DNA of 63,024 bases, counting the filler, from Asterionella formosa (lineage: Eukaryota), in NCBI GenBank assembly GCA_002256025.1. It is 13 parts of 13 records of this genome, joined end to end, with 100 filler letters (N's around TTAATTAATTAA, not from the genome) between each part and the next. Parts side by side here need not be neighbours in the genome. Positions count along the whole stretch, not along the records: positions 1,166 to 18,234 come from NKIB01004574.1; positions 18,335 to 19,399 come from NKIB01004575.1; positions 19,500 to 20,564 come from NKIB01004576.1; positions 20,665 to 37,725 come from NKIB01004577.1; 9 more parts are not named here. One strand, 5' to 3'. This document shows positions 13,123 to 25,163 of this stretch, one piece after another. The translations under genes were made by a program, and so were the position numbers. Numbering within the stretch: position 1 is the first letter of the stretch; every line of letters begins with the position of its first letter. The notes under the pieces were generated by a model. The model had not been told where the DNA came from. It ran no database searches and was given only the letters and a program-made list of their open reading frames with translations.

Positions 13123-14676
13123 ATGTCATTACACGAAATAGTCCAAGACGGACCGAGAGTTAATAAGGAGAGAGTGACGAGTGCTTCATTCAAGTGGCTT
13201 TTCAGAATCACGCTTCTAATCGCATTGCTTTGTATATTGGGAACACGACCCTTCCATGAGCTACAGTATTATCTCACAGTACGGCGGGGTGTCGCCAAGA
13301 AAGACTTGACCATTCATAACGAAGTCAGTGATTGCCTTCAGAATCTAAAGGGGGTGATGGACACAAAGGACGACATTTTGGAATATCCCTGGAATCGTAC
13401 GTTAAACGGTTGGGAACCCCCAAGCTGGATTACCGACTATATAGAATGGCACAGGCAACTGCGATCGACTCATCCTGCATTCAACGGTGACAATGAAGCA
13501 CCAATTCCCCCTCTGTATGTTGTGCATTGTCGAGTTGACCGCGGATCATTTGCAGAGACAAGAACATCAGATTGTGGAGGCCTTCATGATCGGCTGGGCT
13601 CACTTCCCTTCGACTTGTATATCGCGAACCAAACGAAACGACTTCTCCTCTATGTATGGGAAACCCCCACGACTCTTGAGACGTTTCTTGTGCCGAATCT
13701 TCTGAATTGGACACTTGATAGCAGGAATCGCCCAGATCTCCGACTGTTACTAGAGACTGCGCCGAATCTGTTCACAAGAAGTACACAAGCATATGCAGCA
13801 TCTGGTGGGGTTTGGCCCCACATGGCCGAAGCCATTAGTCGTGGTATGAACCATAGTGTTCCTATGTATGTCTCATTTGTAATTGGTCATCACAGTGAGT
13901 ACTCCTTTGAAAATGCTTTAAGGAAACTACAGGAGACTGATATGATACATACAACGCCCACTTTTGGTTGGATATGGCATGCTCTGTTTAAGCCATCTCC
14001 AGGTCTTGAAAGATATCTTGAAGCAAGCAGAAATGCCATGAATTTGACCAAAGGTGGGTACACCGCAATACATATACGATTGCATTATCCAACTTTAACT
14101 GAAGAAGCCAAGGAAAATGGTCTGAAACTGAGATCCCTTGATGATCCAGAAAAGTTCAAGAAATATGGGTTTGACAAAGGTGATAGTGGCATTGTTTTCA
14201 AGGGAGATGGTAAGAAGTTCGCTGTTGACATTGGGCTTCATGCAGTTCAATGTGCAAGAAAATTGACCAAAGGCAGTGCTGAGCCCTTGTATTTAATGTC
14301 CGATGCAAATTATTTGGCAGCATACCTTGGTAAACATAGTGGTGCTGGCAGCCAAAATAGGTTAGCCAGTAAAGGTCAAATTGATCAACATGTCAACAAA
14401 ATGCTTTCTAAGGTCACCATAGAAACTCGACATGACATACATAAGAGAAATTATCACATTGATGGACACATGGGCAATGCTACAGATTTTTTCCCTGTTT
14501 TTGCCGACTTATACCTTGGAATGGAGGCACGATGTATTACCTTTGGGTATGGAGGTTTTGGACGATTTGCAAGGCAACTTACTAACAACACATGCTACTC
14601 ACAGCACCAGCTTTATATTTATAAGGGAACTTGGTATAAAGGGCATTCTCTCAATGATAAAACCCATGTTTGTTAG
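13123..14676 (+). CDS. Putative GT-B fucosyltransferase-like glycosyltransferase, copy 3 (517 aa from first ATG)
   Basis: Full-length paralogue of 8910-10460 with the same motifs and TM anchor. Confidence 0.7.
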   Translation: MSLHEIVQDGPRVNKERVTSASFKWLFRITLLIALLCILGTRPFHELQYYLTVRRGVAKKDLTIHNEVSDCLQNLKGVMDTKDDILEYPWNRTLNGWEPPSWITDYIEWHRQLRSTHPAFNGDNEAPIPPLYVVHCRVDRGSFAETRTSDCGGLHDRLGSLPFDLYIANQTKRLLLYVWETPTTLETFLVPNLLNWTLDSRNRPDLRLLLETAPNLFTRSTQAYAASGGVWPHMAEAISRGMNHSVPMYVSFVIGHHSEYSFENALRKLQETDMIHTTPTFGWIWHALFKPSPGLERYLEASRNAMNLTKGGYTAIHIRLHYPTLTEEAKENGLKLRSLDDPEKFKKYGFDKGDSGIVFKGDGKKFAVDIGLHAVQCARKLTKGSAEPLYLMSDANYLAAYLGKHSGAGSQNRLASKGQIDQHVNKMLSKVTIETRHDIHKRNYHIDGHMGNATDFFPVFADLYLGMEARCITFGYGGFGRFARQLTNNTCYSQHQLYIYKGTWYKGHSLNDKTHVC

Positions 14677-15337
14677 CAGTGCAAAAGGCATTTATCTTTG
14701 TTCATGAGATAAATCGTTTAAAGAATATTGCATAGATACGTATAGTGCTGGCTAAAGAATGATGTTAAATGTACTCCTGCTAGAAAGATCTTTGTATAGG
14801 TGGATGGAGCTTTCAGTCTTTTTATTGCAAAAAGGAATGGGAATAGACCAGCATGTCCCATAAAGGGATGTAGAAATTTATGAGATAGGTAGCTAGGTCT
14901 ATAAAAATATGCCTTTTGTATGACCTTTTTTTAGTCAGCATAAGTTTTACAATGATATGAAATCATTTGAGAACACTGTTTTCAATATCTCATTTACAAA
15001 TGAACTTCAGATGTCAACAATTGATTCTAGTTATGGAATAGATCATGATCTAGATGTTGACCAATTTTTTTGATACATTTAATATGTGGCATCAATCATT
15101 TTCAGATCTGGATAGCCTATAATTCTTGTGCTGTTACTGGAGATACTTGTACTCTCTTCAACAAATAAATTATAGGTGGTATGATCTTTCAAAAAGACAT
15201 GGGTAAAAGCAGGAAACAACAATAAATGAATGCATAGGGGTTAAATAAAATATGGTGAATTGGTAAGATCAGAAGAAGTCCTGATTTAATGAAATGCAAA
15301 CCAAAAAAAAGCTGCTCCCCCAATTTAAATCTGATTA

Positions 15338-17042
15338 TCAACGAAGTAGTAGAGAATTATCAATGATGTGTATAATGCCTTGATCTGCAAAGATATCCGC
15401 TTGGATGATTGTGACATTACCATTAATGGTGGTAGTCATGATCAAATCAATATTGTTTTTGTCGATTATGTCATCGTGCTTATTGAAAATGTTGTGTGCA
15501 TTATTTTCCGTGTTGACATGGTCCAATTTAGTAATCACGAGATTGAGTGTTTGTCCAATTCGAGACACAACTGTTAGTTCAGTATCACTGATTTGCGTCC
15601 CCATTGGAATTGTTTTCCAACAACATGTTGCAATGTTCCCTGACACGACATGATTGAGTACAAGATCCAATAGTGTATACCCTTCAGGTATTAACATAGT
15701 CAAATCATTAAAGGCTCTATTCGTAGGAACAAAAATTGTTGTGGCAGCATCCCTCCCTACTTCCACGAGCTGTTGCAGAAGATCAGGTATGGTATTGATG
15801 AAACCAATAAAGACGGATATGTCACCACGGCGGTTGGCATTGAGTTCCAATAATACATCCATCATGGAATGGTTCACCCAAGGGGCCAATGGATCAGGAT
15901 AGTGCAAAAGATTGTGAACGATACCATTGTTGACATGCACATTCCTTGTTGCTACTATGACATTGTTGACTCGAAACGATGGATCCGTTTGAATTATGAT
16001 TGGATTTCCTACCATGGACGGTATTGTCATCCCATCGTAGTTACGTAGTCCTTGTTCGTCCAATGCTTGCCCCTCGATAGTGAGACCCTCCAGTATATTG
16101 AGCTGAACCAACAAACCATGACAAAGTAATAAAACATGCAAAAGTGCAATTATAATACGAAACACATTTGGGTGAGTTTTCCAAAAATACGCCATGCAAA
16201 ACGAAACGAACAATTTCTCTTGCACAACGTACCACATGCCCATTCCATAACGGCGAACGAAACTTTTTCAGGATGGATTCGTCAAGAAAAATAGCATCGC
16301 TTGATACTCCAAAAAAGGTGAAATTTGTATCTGTTCGATTAACGATAGTGTCGAGAAATAATTGTCCACCTTTTGACGAGGTAATGGATGGAAATGACTG
16401 TCCAGTTGCTATATAATCTGCAATGGAGCAACATTCACTATAATCGACGATACCAACAGATTCAGGAGCAGTGGAGACAGGACGAGTGGTGGTATGAGTA
16501 AACGTAGGAGTGGCGGTAGGAGGAAATGTAGTAGTTGCAATGGAGGAAGGTATATAGGTAGTACCGATGGGAGAAGGAGAAGAGGTAGTATCAGAAATCG
16601 ACGCCCAAGAGGGAGCTGGGTTTTTGATCTGAAATCCAGTCATAGATGCAAGTATGTGAGATGTTTGCGCAAACTTGTCATTTTCTGTGGCCATTCTGCA
16701 CTGCGGTAGGAATCAAAGCAGCATTGGAGGTTGTTGCAGGCAACTTACAGGTATTCTCATTTCCACTCCGATAACTGAATCAATGTCATTTAACTTCGCC
16801 ATGCCACCATTGCCAATGGATATCATCCTCGTCATTGTCATTGAATCCTTCATTTTGACAACCTTCAATTTGCCTTTGCCCGAGTCCTTCTTACTATTGC
16901 GTAATGTTCTGTGATGCTCGAAAGGGTTACTTTCATCACCTCTCCTCGGATGAGAGGAGCGGATGGATGATGCAGCCATGATGAAGCATTGCAACACGAC
17001 AAGGGACAAGGGCGACGACCCCAAGGCCTTCATGTTGGTCAA
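15338..17042 (-). CDS. Secreted fasciclin (FAS1)-domain protein, three predicted exons (17042-16749, 16700-16233, 16102-15338)
   Basis: Signal peptide, Thr/Pro-rich linker and FAS1 motifs (NFTFFG, NVHVNNGIVH, TTIFVPTNRAF, ADIFADQGIIHIID). GT..AG introns at 16748-16701 and 16232-16103 join the three ORFs in frame; the first intron is only 48 nt. Confidence 0.8.
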
Positions 17043-17712
17043 TTCAAATGCACTCTAAATGATGGCCAAGGCCAATACGTGTGCATCAACAACGCATGCA
17101 TGGCACCTTCAATGTTTCTATATAGCTGGTACACATGACGCACATTATTGGTTATGTAGGAAGAGGATATATTTGTACATATCGTATACCGGTATACCTA
17201 ACGGCAAGTACCGGTAGTAAAGGTAAAAGAAATTTTATTCGTACCGTTGTATTTATACATACAGTGAATCTGATTTCTATGTATGTGTACGCAATTTCCA
17301 GATATCTGCATATCGGTAGATCATTGGGAGCAGAAGTGAAACAACGACATGTGTTCGATATGTCATATTATTTATTAATGTGCACGTTTATTCTTATGAT
17401 CACGAACCGGAATACTAGTACTGGCAGTCTTGCAGCAAATCTACGGGTATAATGCGGGAGGGCCTGTTTGTTTGACACGGCCGACAAGCAGAAATTTCCC
17501 TCATTTGAATTTGACATGCACTCGGTACCAGAACCAGGTACAAGGTACCCTGGAAAGGCGGTATGCATCATAAAATGAATAAATATACCGGTATACGTGT
17601 AGAAATTGTTTTTTATTCGCTCATATGGTAGCACCTGGTACTCCCTCCCTGATACCAGTATTACTTCGTCAGATCGCTCGGTCTCCTTGGTGACAGTATA
17701 CCGGTTTGTCAC

Positions 17713-18234
17713 ATGACAATGGCGACAGACTGCAAGGACGAGATCAACAATGACAATGCAATGGCGCATAAATCACTTCACATTGCTCCCATGCTCAACG
17801 TTTCCAATCGCGAATTTCGACAATTGTTCCGCATTTTATCCAAGAAATGCGTGTTGTGGACGGAAATGGTGGTCGATGAAACGATTGCCTATTCCGATCA
17901 TTTAGATATGTGGTTGGGGTATGATCCAAATACGCATCCCATTGTTTGTCAAATAGGTGGCAACAATCCACACTTCTGCAGTCAAGCTACACGGATTGTT
18001 TTAGACAACTATGGGTACGATGAAATCAATCTTAATATGGATTGTCCCAGTGATCGTGTGGCAGGACAACGGGAATTCGGTGCCATCCTTATGAAGCGTC
18101 TCGATATAACCTTGCAGGTGTTGCAGTCCATGAAGGAGAATGCTTCATCCAGCACCCCAATTTCGGTCAAATGTCGGATAGGGGTCGATGAGTATGATGA
18201 TTTGGACTACGCAGCACATGTCATTCGAACGTTA
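17713..18234 (+). CDS. dusA: tRNA-dihydrouridine synthase, DusA-like (3' truncated by contig end)
   Basis: Motifs IAPML, WTEMVV, PIVCQIGG, GYDEINLNMDCPSDRV, FGAILM and PISVKCRIGVD. Confidence 0.85.
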
Positions 18235-18411
18235 NNNNNNNNNNNNNNNNNNNNNNNNNNNNNNNNNNNNNNNNNNNNTTAATTAATTAANNNNNNNNNN
18301 NNNNNNNNNNNNNNNNNNNNNNNNNNNNNNNNNNGTCCACTTCAGCATGACAATCTCGCCAATCAACCCGTAAACAGACACATTCTACCGGTACTTGTTC
18401 TCGTTGAAATT

Positions 18412-18634
18412 TTCAATTCTCACATGATACTACATCTACTATTTCGATTCAGCATAGAAGGAGATACGAAAATGTGCGTAACAGACTACTGTCCACATAG
18501 CTATAGTTATAGAATGATTCTGATTAGAACGCATTTCATTTTCATATCGCTTGCTCGTTTCTGCATTTGGCATACTTCAATTCTCACATGATACTACATC
18601 TACTATTTCGATTCAGCATAGAAGGAGATACGAA
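18412..18634 (+). repeat. Direct repeat of about 58 bp
   Basis: ttcaattctcacatgatactacatctactatttcgattcagcatagaaggagatacgaaa at about 18412 and about 18577. Confidence 0.9.
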
Positions 18635-19499
18635 ACTCCTCTACTGAATTATTGAACGACTATGCGAATCTTTATGTGCCAGTTGTTCAATAATTCATTA
18701 TAAATACAGCAGCAGCTGGCAGCATGACAAACAGCACGCCAAGGCACACTAACAACTCATGATTTACGGAGCCCTGTTATCATATGACATTAACACAGAA
18801 TCAGAAAGCAACAACACTCAATCCTGGATTTCATCCGAATGCTCCTGAATTGAAAGGGTTTGCTGCAATGTCAATTGAATCCTCAACTCAAATAAAAGAA
18901 CTCTGCAATACAGTTGAATGGTGAGTGTGTTCTTGTTGTTTACCTAAATGCTAGTATGGCTTGTCAGCTCACGCATTGTTGTTGACAACAGGCAGGGACA
19001 ATGAGGTCCGGAATGAACTGTGTGTTGCTTTCTGCTGTTGCTAGTTCTATCATATACATTACTGACACACTGTTGTTATGAAAATCTCTGCAGGTCAATG
19101 AAGAAGTCATTTCAAGTACAAGAAGGAAATCAGTGTGTGAGGATGCATTCATGTTGCAACTTCGTAGAATGATGCCTGTTCAAGAATGAATAATTTCCCC
19201 CTTCTGAATGAATGGCTTCTCCTCGTCTTGCAATGTCCTTACAGATGTCTCATAATGCCTGCCTTCTCAAGACTGAAGATTCCATTCTGATAGAACAGCT
19301 TTGTTTGATTGCATATCGAGATTTGTTTCCCATGTAATGTGAAATACCGGTTGTTGAATTAGTAATCAACATTATTTGATAGTCCTTTTAAATTACGTAN
19401 NNNNNNNNNNNNNNNNNNNNNNNNNNNNNNNNNNNNNNNNNNNTTAATTAATTAANNNNNNNNNNNNNNNNNNNNNNNNNNNNNNNNNNNNNNNNNNNN

Positions 19500-20564
19500 G
19501 CTTGATTGTGTGCTTGTTACTTGCTTGTTGATCACGAACTTACTCTGCAAACGCTGTTCTTTGTCTACAGACAATCAATCTGTTGAGCGAGAGATTTGTT
19601 GGGAATCAGGCTGCGGCATGGTAGCTAAGCACAACGAAAATGATGCCTTTGTAACGATTGTTTGTTCATGAACTCACTCTACGATTGTTGTTCACTGATT
19701 GCAGACAATCATATGATCAGGGCTGGGTTGGCCATTGGGGAACATGGTAAGGAGCACAGCAGAAACGAAATCATGGCTTCGTAACTTTTTTTCTCATCAA
19801 CTCACTCTGCAAATGTTTCCCTCTTTCTACAAAAGACAATCAATCCGAGCAATGAGAATGAGCAGCCGGCTCATTTGCTATGAATTGATCTACCGGTAGT
19901 AGTAACATGGATTCCTGCAAGTACTATGAGTAGCCAAGCAATCTTGCGTTAAGTTACAGCATCCAGCTGCAAGAATGAACATCCATTGCTTGTCGTATTG
20001 GTTTGAGAATCACGTTCTATAGAAAGTACCGGTATCAATATAAACTATATAGCGAAGCGATTAATTTGATTGATTTTGCGATTGTAGAATGAAATTGAAA
20101 AAGTGAATTGGTTACACATAATTATTTGTTTGACTAGCATATATATTTGTTTAACCTTTAGGTATTAATGTGATCAAAGTAAAGATAAAATGGGAGCAAA
20201 CTAACAGAATTAATGGTAGTCAGAGTGAAGAATATTTGTGAACGGAAATGTTGCGAATTGTCGAGAAAAGTACCGTATTATAGAGATTATTACTGAACAA
20301 ATTTTTCTTCGTGTCGCCAGAAAATATTGTCAGTTGGCCCCAAAAATTATGTGGGTTTCTAAAATAATTATGGAAGTTGTCGAAACTATTTTAGTTCACT
20401 CAGTCCATATATATATTGTATCATGCATCATATTTTTTTGTGATGTCATACCCTTAAATTATGTACGTAGCTAAATTCGTCATATTGGGCCACCCAAATA
20501 ATTAATTTGGGTGATCATATTTGACTAGCGTTTTTTTTGTGGCGGCTGTACCAGTAATCGGCGT
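19500..20564. repeat. Contig that is a near-identical reverse complement of contig 58472-59535
   Basis: Same two end points and only a few substitutions or homopolymer differences. Confidence 0.95.
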
Positions 20565-20664
20565 NNNNNNNNNNNNNNNNNNNNNNNNNNNNNNNNNNNN
20601 NNNNNNNNTTAATTAATTAANNNNNNNNNNNNNNNNNNNNNNNNNNNNNNNNNNNNNNNNNNNN

Positions 20665-20904
20665 TTGTCGTTCCGCACTGTATTTTTGGTTCTATTGTAT
20701 CTATTCACACATAATCCGATGTATGTATCAATGCCTACTCTTTAAAAAAGTATTTTTGTTTATTTTATTTGTTGATTTGTATAGTTGTAGAATATGATGT
20801 CAATATTGCTGCCAAGCAATGCTTTTCCTGTACTAACGCGCATTGCTACCTTTCTACTACGAGCTCTACGTATAAATATTCAGCTAGTAGAGGGAGTCGA
20901 TAGT
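20665..20904 (+). repeat. Repeat family B copy, abutting and truncating the copia integrase
   Basis: Matches 7872-8115; the integrase frame of the adjacent copia ends at its boundary. Confidence 0.8.
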
Positions 20905-23659
20905 TGGATCAAGTGTTCATAGATTGTAGGTTGTTTCCTATACCATAGCCAATCAGGACACTTGATATTTCTTGAATTCGAAACCACATTTGTCACTTGA
21001 GTCATTGTGTTGTCACATTCTGCCCAAAGAAGTCCTTGAAACTCATCATTTAGCTTTGCATTGATCATAGCAGCACAGCTTCTATCACGTATGGTGACAA
21101 ACTTGCGCTCAACAACACCGTTCTGCTGAGGTGTATTTGGTGCCATGTATTCAATCTGAATACCATGCTTGGTGCATACAGATGACAAATTTTCGAGATT
21201 TTCACCTGCATCATCACATCATAGATACTTGATGACATGATTTGCTGCAAATAGCTTGATAAGTAGCTTGTCCACAATTTTGGATAGTAATTTCTTCTTG
21301 TTAACAAAAAACTCCATGACTTTCCAGAGAATTGATCAACCACAAGTATCCAGTAATTGCTTCCCACAATGGACTTTTTGTATGGCCCTGAAGTGTCCAC
21401 GAAAATCCGTTCACCAGGTAGTATAGCCTGTACAGTCGACACTTTTGAAACTGCCTTTGCTTTCGTCTTTGCCTTAGAGCATCCATCACAGGACCGGAGG
21501 GTTTGGGTAAGTTAAATCTTCAGTGCTTTGAACGTAGCACGTACTGTGGCTTCCCCAATATGCCCGTAGATATCGTGTGCCTCATTGATGTCCAGTGACT
21601 TCATTTTGTCTTCCCCACTCATAACTGTATGGGTATTTGTAGACAAGTTTTTGGTACTATCGGCCCCCTGGGAAAATGGGGCAATAACCATGATGGATAT
21701 GACATCGGCATAACTCGCGCGACTTTCCTTTAAAATAATAGAGAACTCCATTGGTCTCTCTGTTAAATGAAATATGTCCTCCACGACCTTTCTTAACTGT
21801 CATTGTAGACCCCTTGACTGAAAGGTCAAAACCGTCACGGATTAGGACGCCCAAAATGACGATGTTCTTGTGAAGCTTAGGCGTGTATAGGACATCCTTC
21901 AATGTCATAGACTTTTCTCCGTTGGTGAGCTTGATGTCACCGCGTTTTGTGCATTTAATTTCAAACAACGAATGTGACACTGACTGGGCGTACATTTGTC
22001 ATACCAACGTCACTCATTGTGATATGGGCAGTAGCTCCAGTATCAGCGAGCCAATTCTCCTGTAGGGCAATAGAGCAAGGAGCAACAGCAGAGGCACAAA
22101 ACTCTTTATTATTAATTTTTACATCACAATCATCAATAATTTCCTCGCAAATACCAATGAAAGTCGTCGTTCTCGTTGAACTTGTCATTCGTATCTTGTT
22201 TATTTTCGTTTGCTTCGATGTCTTCGTAGTATATCGTACACATGCCAACAAACGTGACTGTCTCTTTCGTTGTACTAGTACGTTCTCATTTGGGTTCGCT
22301 CGGGGCAATCTTTTGCGATATGTCCGGCATGCTTGTTGCAATTGAAACACTTGACGCCTTTCGGAGGAGATCTGTTTCCGTCGCCATGCGTCTTGTTCTT
22401 GACTCGAGAATCGGCTGCCTTGTGTCCTTGCTTGCCACAAGAGCGGCAGAGTCCTTTGAACTTGGTTCGAAAGGCAGCAAGAGCAAGTTCGCCATCCGAC
22501 TTTTCGTTCTTAAACTTGCGTTTGAAGAACGCGCGTATCTTGGCCTTAAGGTCTTATGGTGTCAGGGAGGGAATAGCCTCAACCATTGTTACCACTTCTG
22601 AGTACTCCTTAGGTAGTTTGTCAAGTATGTGGGCAATCATCTCGAGATCCTTCTTTTCGTAGGCAGAATCAATCGTCGCCATTCGATTCCTCAACAACTC
22701 GAGTTGGATGAACCATTCGTCTGGGTCTTGCGTCTTCCCCTCACAGATGCACTTGTTGAACTGTCCTGAAAGTTGGATTAGGTCACTTGTAGCGTTAGGA
22801 ACATAGCGAGCCTTGAGGTAGCTAGGTCCAAGCAAGGAACAATGCATCGCTGTCTTGATGATTCTTTGTCTTGGCTTGGTTAAGCAAACCGAACGCAATC
22901 CCAGTGCAACTCATAACCAGGAGCTGGTATGCGCAATCGTTAATCTCGTAGATCTTCTTGACATTGTCTTTGTCTGTAGTTTCGTAGACAGCATCGCTGC
23001 ATGGATTGGTATCCTTCATGTAGTACGCATTCTTGAATCCTCTTGTCTTGTCTTGGCCAGCTAGTGCCAGTGTCTTCACACTCCACTCATGCGAATTGGC
23101 GTCCTCGCCATCAAACTTCACAAGGCGAATGGTCTCACCTTTGTCTTCAGTCATATTGCAGAACGAAGTTGATCTGCTTGTAAGCGTGTTATATTCTTTT
23201 GCAGTCTGACTGCTTGGCTAGCTCTTTCTAGACAAGCTCAGTTTATTAAAAACCTTCTGTTCGTATCCCACCTTATTGTGAGCTTATTTGATCTATCTCT
23301 GTAATCGCTCACATGACCAATTATTAAGGTTCTCTTCCCAAATTTGTATATGTATATTCATTGTGTTGTTAGACAGCATTCAATTCTCAACTGACAACAA
23401 CTCAACTCCACTCACTTACTATTAGAACAATCATGAATATTCAATGCTATCTGCATTGCATATAGACTTTCCTTCATTGAAATATTGATTACTTAGAACA
23501 TTCTCCAGTCGAATATTTACCTTGGTTTGCTGATATAGTTCTTGGCAATCAATGCTGTTCAAATTCTCACAGCATTTCAATACGGGATTTTGGCTGGAAT
23601 ATTATTCAAGATTGATTAGTTCGACTGAACTAATTTGCACGCAGTACTAAATCTTGACA
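20905..23659 (-). mobile_element. Decayed Ty1/copia LTR retrotransposon: 5' LTR, gag, protease, integrase (RT not in the contig)
   Basis: Gag IRLVKFDG and DPDEWFIQLELLRNRM, two CCHC-like knuckles, protease WLADTGATAHIT, HDIYGHIGE, and integrase ERIFVDTSGP, ILVVDQFS and APNTPQQNGVVERK. Many frameshifts. Confidence 0.92.
23187..23659 (-). repeat. Probable 5' LTR of the copia element (TGTCAAGA...TAACA)
   Basis: The minus strand begins TGTCAAGA, like the LTR at 37188, and ends AACA just before CGCTTACAAGC and the gag ATG at 23154. The partner LTR is not in the contig. Confidence 0.6.
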
Positions 23660-23861
23660 AGACTACACCTAGCCCACGGACTCCTGTCGACATCAACAGC
23701 CTAACAAACACATTCTGACAATTCGTTGACTGACCTCCTCGCAAGCAGCAGCGCCTTTTTGCACAGCATTTTGCATCCTCATTTTGATCAACCATATCTC
23801 TCCATCGCTTAGTCTGTGTCCCCGCCACAATCTTCCAAAACAATACACCCTACTCGATAAA

Positions 23862-25163
23862 ATGGTTCAGGGACTGGCATTCTTGTCCAAGAAATCTTGG
23901 CATGTCAAAAACATGAATAATCAAGAAAAGGTCTGGATGGCAGAACAGCGCAAGGCGCACGAAGAGTCCAAAACAAAGGAGCTCGCTCGCCAGATTCAAC
24001 AAGAAAGGGAACGGGACGAGATTGACGCGATATCTGGCAAGAAATCGAGCCATTTAGATAGAGGTATTGCTTGGATGCACGAAGGGGGCATGGGTGAAGC
24101 GGCCAAGGAAGACCGGCGAAAGCAAGATGAGGAGTATTTGATGGGCAAGGAATATCTTGCCGCAGGTGTCAAGGGAGGCGATTTTGCCGTCGACGAAGTA
24201 AAGGACGGAGTTAATGCTGTAATAGCAAGTGCTGCAGGTGCTATGCCTACATACGCGCTCCCGTCTCAGTCTGGGCCAACCGTTGCGGACAAGAATGAAT
24301 CGTTTCGGATGCGCTATGAAGACCCTATGTTTCTTGTAAGCAAAAGGCACCACGAGCAGCAGGCTAAGGTGGAAAAGACGAAGGCTTTGTATGAAAGAGT
24401 TATTGGACGGCGGGATGTCGCCATTGAGGAAGGCCATCAGGAAGGTCAAGAAGCCAAGCATGCAAAGAAAGACCGCAAAAAAGATCGAAAACGGCGACAT
24501 CGCGATGACGACGATGGGGACCGCAAGCATCGACACAGATTGCGTAGTCAAGACCGCCACGATTTCGAAGAGGATCGCAAAAGTCGCAAACTCCGAAAGC
24601 GTTCTCGGAGTCCAAGTTGTAGTGACGAAACGGATCGAGGATCAAGTCTTCAGCATGACCGACCAGAGCGTCACAACAGTTGCGGGAGCGATTCCGATCG
24701 AAGCCGAGACTTCAAACGCGACAACAGAATTTCTGAAAATATTCCTCGATATTCAAAACACTGGAAATATGGTCTGCAGGGATCCTTTTGTAGGGATCGC
24801 CCCACTCATGACCTTGGCCCAAGTCGCGAGTTACTTGCCCAGAAAAGACAATTACGGGAGGAAACAAGGCATAGTATGAGAGACAGAGCCTCGAACCGCA
24901 ATAGAAGATCTGAGGAGGAACGATACAATGCATTACTAATCATGCAGAATGATGCAATTCAACGAATAGATGTCTCGCGCCATTCGTCCAAGTCCGACAT
25001 TGACAATGATAATGGAGAAGCCCAACCCAGAAGTTCAGCGACATTTTTGAGTGACATGAAACAACAAATTCACGGTATTCAAGCAAATCATACCCACTCC
25101 TTGTCTTCGCGTATGAGAGAGAATCGGCATAGAAGCCAAAATCTTGAGGCATCATTCCTATAG
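23862..25163 (+). CDS. CWC25: CWC25/CIR1-family pre-mRNA splicing factor
   Basis: N-terminal Cir_N motif LAFLSKKSWHVKNMNNQEKVWMAEQ, then EDPM and an Arg/Ser/Asp-rich tail. Confidence 0.85.
   Translation: MVQGLAFLSKKSWHVKNMNNQEKVWMAEQRKAHEESKTKELARQIQQERERDEIDAISGKKSSHLDRGIAWMHEGGMGEAAKEDRRKQDEEYLMGKEYLAAGVKGGDFAVDEVKDGVNAVIASAAGAMPTYALPSQSGPTVADKNESFRMRYEDPMFLVSKRHHEQQAKVEKTKALYERVIGRRDVAIEEGHQEGQEAKHAKKDRKKDRKRRHRDDDDGDRKHRHRLRSQDRHDFEEDRKSRKLRKRSRSPSCSDETDRGSSLQHDRPERHNSCGSDSDRSRDFKRDNRISENIPRYSKHWKYGLQGSFCRDRPTHDLGPSRELLAQKRQLREETRHSMRDRASNRNRRSEEERYNALLIMQNDAIQRIDVSRHSSKSDIDNDNGEAQPRSSATFLSDMKQQIHGIQANHTHSLSSRMRENRHRSQNLEASFL

Noticed and set aside
18412..18634. CRISPR-like direct repeats
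   Set aside because: Only two ~58-bp copies, no array and no cas genes. The same holds for short duplications at 56771-56846 and 61535-61581.
24054..24879. Overlapping alternative-frame and antisense ORFs here and over other genes (e.g. 31577-32086, 40317-40724, 46070-46981)
   Set aside because: Shadow ORFs of well-supported genes, with no recognisable motifs.
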